Of a stretch of DNA of 64,000 nucleotides, positions 61,008 through 64,000 are shown piece by piece. Made by a program: the position numbers and the translations under genes. Position 1 is the stretch's first letter, and every line of letters begins with the position of its first letter. The notes under the pieces were generated by a model that was not told the DNA's origin, did no database searches, and was given only the letters and a program-made list of their open reading frames with translations. The stretch lies in contig CAWIPH010000002.1 in NCBI GenBank assembly GCA_963837955.1, forward strand, positions 2,080,001-2,144,000, written 5' to 3'. The DNA is from an uncultured Verrucomicrobiae bacterium (GTDB lineage: Bacteria; Verrucomicrobiota; Verrucomicrobiia; Chthoniobacterales; JAFAMB01).

Positions 61008-62012
61008 CTATTTGTCATCTTTCATTTGCCTGATCACGGGAACCGGGGGCAACACGATTGCACTAGCGTGATCTGTTAGCCCGTCCAAGCGTTTCTTGAT
61101 TACCGAGGTGGCCGTGCGGGCCACCTCTTCCCACGGGATTCCAATCGTTGATAAGCCGAGAGTTTCTGCCACGGGTGCATTGTCGAACCCGATGATGACG
61201 GGAGGAGTAATCTTGGAGTTCTGATAACAGACCAGGGTCGCCTCGGCTAGCCGGTCGCTGCAACAAAACAGGGCATCGGGCCGAAGCGAACTAAGCGGCG
61301 CGGCAATGTTTCGCACGGCTGAGCGGAAAAACCATGTGCCTGCTTCAATGACTTGAGCTGCCGGGAAAACCTGTTGAAACCCATCGATTCGGCTTTGACT
61401 CCGCAAATCCGGACCAGGACCTCCGATAACCACGGGTCGACGCGGAGAGTATCGCGACAGAAGTTGACCAGCGGTAATCCCGCCACTGAAATCATCCACA
61501 CTGATCGAATCAGTAAAGAGGCTGCCAATCCCTGCGGGCGGCTTGTCGTGCAGGACCAGCGAGAAGCGATAGTCCGCGGAAAGATCATGCATTAGACGGG
61601 GTGACTCCCACAGGACAGGATAGACTTCCTCACGAACCTGCTTTGACGCCACGCTCCCAAACGCTACTTCGAAAGGTAGCGCCATCGTCTCCAGTTTGGT
61701 GATCAGCTGACGCAAAAGAAGATCGCCGAAGCTCCCAGAACGTTTGGCGCGACTGGCGAAAATCAAGAGAGCGGACCGCGGGGTTTTCTTCTGGCCCGCG
61801 ATGAAGCTCCCTGAACCGGCTCGCCGGATGATAAATCCGTCGTGTTCGAGTTCTGTCAGGAGGCGATGAGCAGTTTGATAGCTAACTTTAAATCTCTGGG
61901 AGATGTAACGAGCGGATACGAATCTCTGACCTGCTCGCCGAAATTCGTCTGAGACCATAATGCGCAAGGTCTCGCGAATCCTGTCCATTTCACCGGCCGT
62001 TCGTCGCCCCAT
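61008..62012 (-). CDS. Transcriptional regulator: GntR-like HTH + LacI-type ligand-binding domain
   Basis: FVSARYISQRFKVSYQTAHR..GSGSF; C-terminal FCCSDRLA, IIGFDN, LSTI. Confidence 0.82.
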   Translation of the reverse strand: MGRRTAGEMDRIRETLRIMVSDEFRRAGQRFVSARYISQRFKVSYQTAHRLLTELEHDGFIIRRAGSGSFIAGQKKTPRSALLIFASRAKRSGSFGDLLLRQLITKLETMALPFEVAFGSVASKQVREEVYPVLWESPRLMHDLSADYRFSLVLHDKPPAGIGSLFTDSISVDDFSGGITAGQLLSRYSPRRPVVIGGPGPDLRSQSRIDGFQQVFPAAQVIEAGTWFFRSAVRNIAAPLSSLRPDALFCCSDRLAEATLVCYQNSKITPPVIIGFDNAPVAETLGLSTIGIPWEEVARTATSVIKKRLDGLTDHASAIVLPPVPVIRQMKDDK

Positions 62013-62094
62013 CCTGTCGCATAATCATATCAGTTTCCGTCGAGAGCAATCTCTTTTGGTTGCATCTCGTTCTGCCTTCATCAAATCTGTTAGT

Positions 62095-62313
62095 GTGCAG
62101 GCGAAGGCAGCAATCGGACTAGATGTCGGCGGAACCCGCGTCAAAGCAGTTGTCGTCGAAGATGAGGGCACAGTTCTTGACCAGGTCGTTCGCCGTTCCC
62201 TGGAAAATGGTATGGAACGCTGGGCCGAGGTCGCACAGGCTCTTGCGAAACTGGGGAGAGTGGGCGGGAGCGTTCGGAGCTGCTGCCCACGCGATGCATA
62301 TCTGCTGATCTAA
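62095..62313 (+). pseudogene. Truncated ROK-family kinase fragment
   Basis: AIGLDVGGTRVKAVVV phosphate-1 motif; ORF ends after ~72 codons. Confidence 0.7.
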
Positions 62314-62330
62314 AACGGCGTAACTATCAT

Positions 62331-63569
62331 ATGATCTCAACGAAATTCGCAGGATTAGGGGACGTAAAACGTCTCGGTCTCTCCGTCGGTTCGGCCGCAG
62401 AAAGATTGTTGTGCTTGGCCTATGTCGAAAAGCGTTTGATGTTCCTTTGCGCTGCGAAGATGGTGTCGGTACCGGAGCGGGATTTGAAATTGCTGCTCGG
62501 GCGTCTGCAATATAACGCAGCGGGCCGTTGTCACTCGCTCCGGAATAGGCTTCGCGAAATGCGCACCGCCAAGGTCCGCATCGACGGCGTTCCCAACGAG
62601 GCGCTAGCGATTCTTTTCGATGAAGCATTGTATGGCGACGAAAGCAGGGAAGTTGCGCAGGTCGGGTGGTGGATTCATCAGAATCTGCTCGCCAGCTACG
62701 AAGAGTATCTCGCTACGACCAATCCGCTGGCCGATGCGCCAACGTGCGAACTGATCGAAACCTTCCTTATCCGGCTGCGTGCCTCGGTCGCCTGCCTTAG
62801 TGCTCAACTTGATCAATTTGGTGTTCCTGAATCGGAAAGAAATTTGCCACAGAGACTTCAGAAGTTCGCTCATGCCGCCGGGGGAGTTGATGGATCCAGA
62901 GGCAGAGGGGAGGCCGCTGCCCGAGAAGAATCAATTGAACCGTTTGCGGTACCCCGAGTTGCCGGTCGTGAAGCTGGTCTGAATCGAGTCTGGGATTACG
63001 TGAAACCTCCAATGGAAGATGTCGCCGATCACTTTGCCTACATGTTGGGAATCAGGTTGTCGGAAATCAACGTTGCCGAGGGCCTGGCAGTTGTGCTGTG
63101 TGAAACGAAAGAGATGCCCTGGGAGTTTTATTGGGATATTTCTCGTCACCTTTGGGACGAAGTGCGGCACTCCATGATGGGCGAGGCGGGAATTGAGGCG
63201 ACCTTCGGTACGGCAGGCGCGATTCCCATGCGAGACTATGAGAGTGTTTACTGCATGGAAGCGCCGGCGCTGGAACAGTACGCCACTCTTGGACTCGAGA
63301 TTGAAGGCGCTCAGATGAAGTATCCGATAGGTAAACGAGGCGAGTGGGAGTTTTGTCGGCATGCGGTTAGACATCCTTTGATGGCGACCTTTCAGGATTT
63401 TGATTGGGCGGACGAGGTTCTGCACGTCACCATCGCGAAGCGACAACTGAACGAGTGGTTCCATAACGACGCGAGCGAGCTGAGCGCTTTGGCGGAGGAA
63501 GGTAAACAGAATCGGACGAAGGTGAAAGAACGTCATCCGCCAGTTCGAATTAAGCCTGGCGTAGCCTGA
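62331..63569 (+). CDS. Ferritin-like/DUF455-like diiron protein
   Basis: SEINVAE, WDEVRH, DWADEVLHV (paired ExxH motifs); degenerate helical N-terminal half. Confidence 0.75.
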   Translation: MISTKFAGLGDVKRLGLSVGSAAERLLCLAYVEKRLMFLCAAKMVSVPERDLKLLLGRLQYNAAGRCHSLRNRLREMRTAKVRIDGVPNEALAILFDEALYGDESREVAQVGWWIHQNLLASYEEYLATTNPLADAPTCELIETFLIRLRASVACLSAQLDQFGVPESERNLPQRLQKFAHAAGGVDGSRGRGEAAAREESIEPFAVPRVAGREAGLNRVWDYVKPPMEDVADHFAYMLGIRLSEINVAEGLAVVLCETKEMPWEFYWDISRHLWDEVRHSMMGEAGIEATFGTAGAIPMRDYESVYCMEAPALEQYATLGLEIEGAQMKYPIGKRGEWEFCRHAVRHPLMATFQDFDWADEVLHVTIAKRQLNEWFHNDASELSALAEEGKQNRTKVKERHPPVRIKPGVA

Positions 63570-63740
63570 TGCAACGTCGCCTGATCCTCCTGGCTCAGGA
63601 ACCCAAGGCTACTGCGATTATGAGAGGCGAGAAGTAAGAAGTGATTGGTGAGAGGTGATAAATGAATGGTTGGTGCCTATCAGTGATCCCACTCACACTA
63701 ATCACGGACACGCTTCCTGAGCCGGGAGGATCAGGCTACG
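63560..63740. repeat. Inverted pair of GTAG-type repeats enclosing 7-nt degenerate repeats
   Basis: 63575-63600 vs 63715-63740; same family as 40314-40371. Confidence 0.75.
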
Positions 63741-63950
63741 GTATTAGGGCTACTGCACCTAGCAGCCAATCATATCAGTTTTTGCATGGATTTATCTCAT
63801 AAAACTTCCTTCTCTTTCAATTTGAAAGAATATTTCTTGCTAAGCTTGCTTCGTTTCGCTTAGACGTCGACGTCCCCGTAAAATTGTTGAATAATTCTTT
63901 CCCATCCTAAATCAGAAAATCCGGTGTACCGGATTGTACCCCCCAGAATT

Positions 63951-64000
63951 ATGAGAACACTTGTTCGAACGTTGAATTGCGCAGTCCTGTTTGGACTGCT
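63951..64000 (+). CDS. Possible start of an exported protein (cut by window edge)
   Basis: ATG then MRTLVRTLNCAVLFGL, signal-peptide-like, after an AT-rich promoter region. Confidence 0.4.
   Translation, partial: MRTLVRTLNCAVLFGL

Noticed and set aside
1..64000. tRNA, rRNA, IS transposases, and the many antisense ORFs in the track
   Set aside because: No tRNA/rRNA signatures or DDE/HUH motifs were recognised by eye; the antisense ORFs lie opposite well-supported genes, as expected in GC-rich DNA

Overview
Gene-dense bacterial chromosomal segment. It is probably from a soil Verrucomicrobiota/Chthoniobacterales-like organism; this is an inference from the PEP-CTERM proteins, the PocR-AraC regulator and the style of the intergenic repeats. 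I found no rRNA, tRNA, CRISPR array, transposase or prophage. Left to right: (1) two tandem secreted fibre-like proteins with peptidase S74 auto-chaperone domains, a relic 3' end of a third, and two co-oriented PEP-CTERM-type genes upstream; (2) a duplicated small HTH gene, a VOC protein and two two-component modules, several of which look internally deleted; (3) an ~18 kb protein-quality-control/stress cluster (Hsp20, 2x BON, rhomboid, SDH protease, HdeD, peroxiredoxin, DsbA-like, GrpE, TrxC, M48, DegP, FtsH, CbpM-like) resembling the proteobacterial tLST island in composition; (4) an organosulfur scavenging cluster (ssuABC, AtoE-family transporter, SfnB-like, NtaA/DszA-like, ssuD, ssuA) with a shared palindromic operator; (5) assorted metabolic genes, a four-helix-bundle gene embedded in 9-nt repeats inside 56-bp inverted repeats, a polyol/sugar catabolic locus, and a ferritin-like diiron enzyme with a divergent regulator. 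Several REP/MITE-like repeat families fill the intergenic spaces. Family assignments come from motifs recognised by eye, not from database searches.
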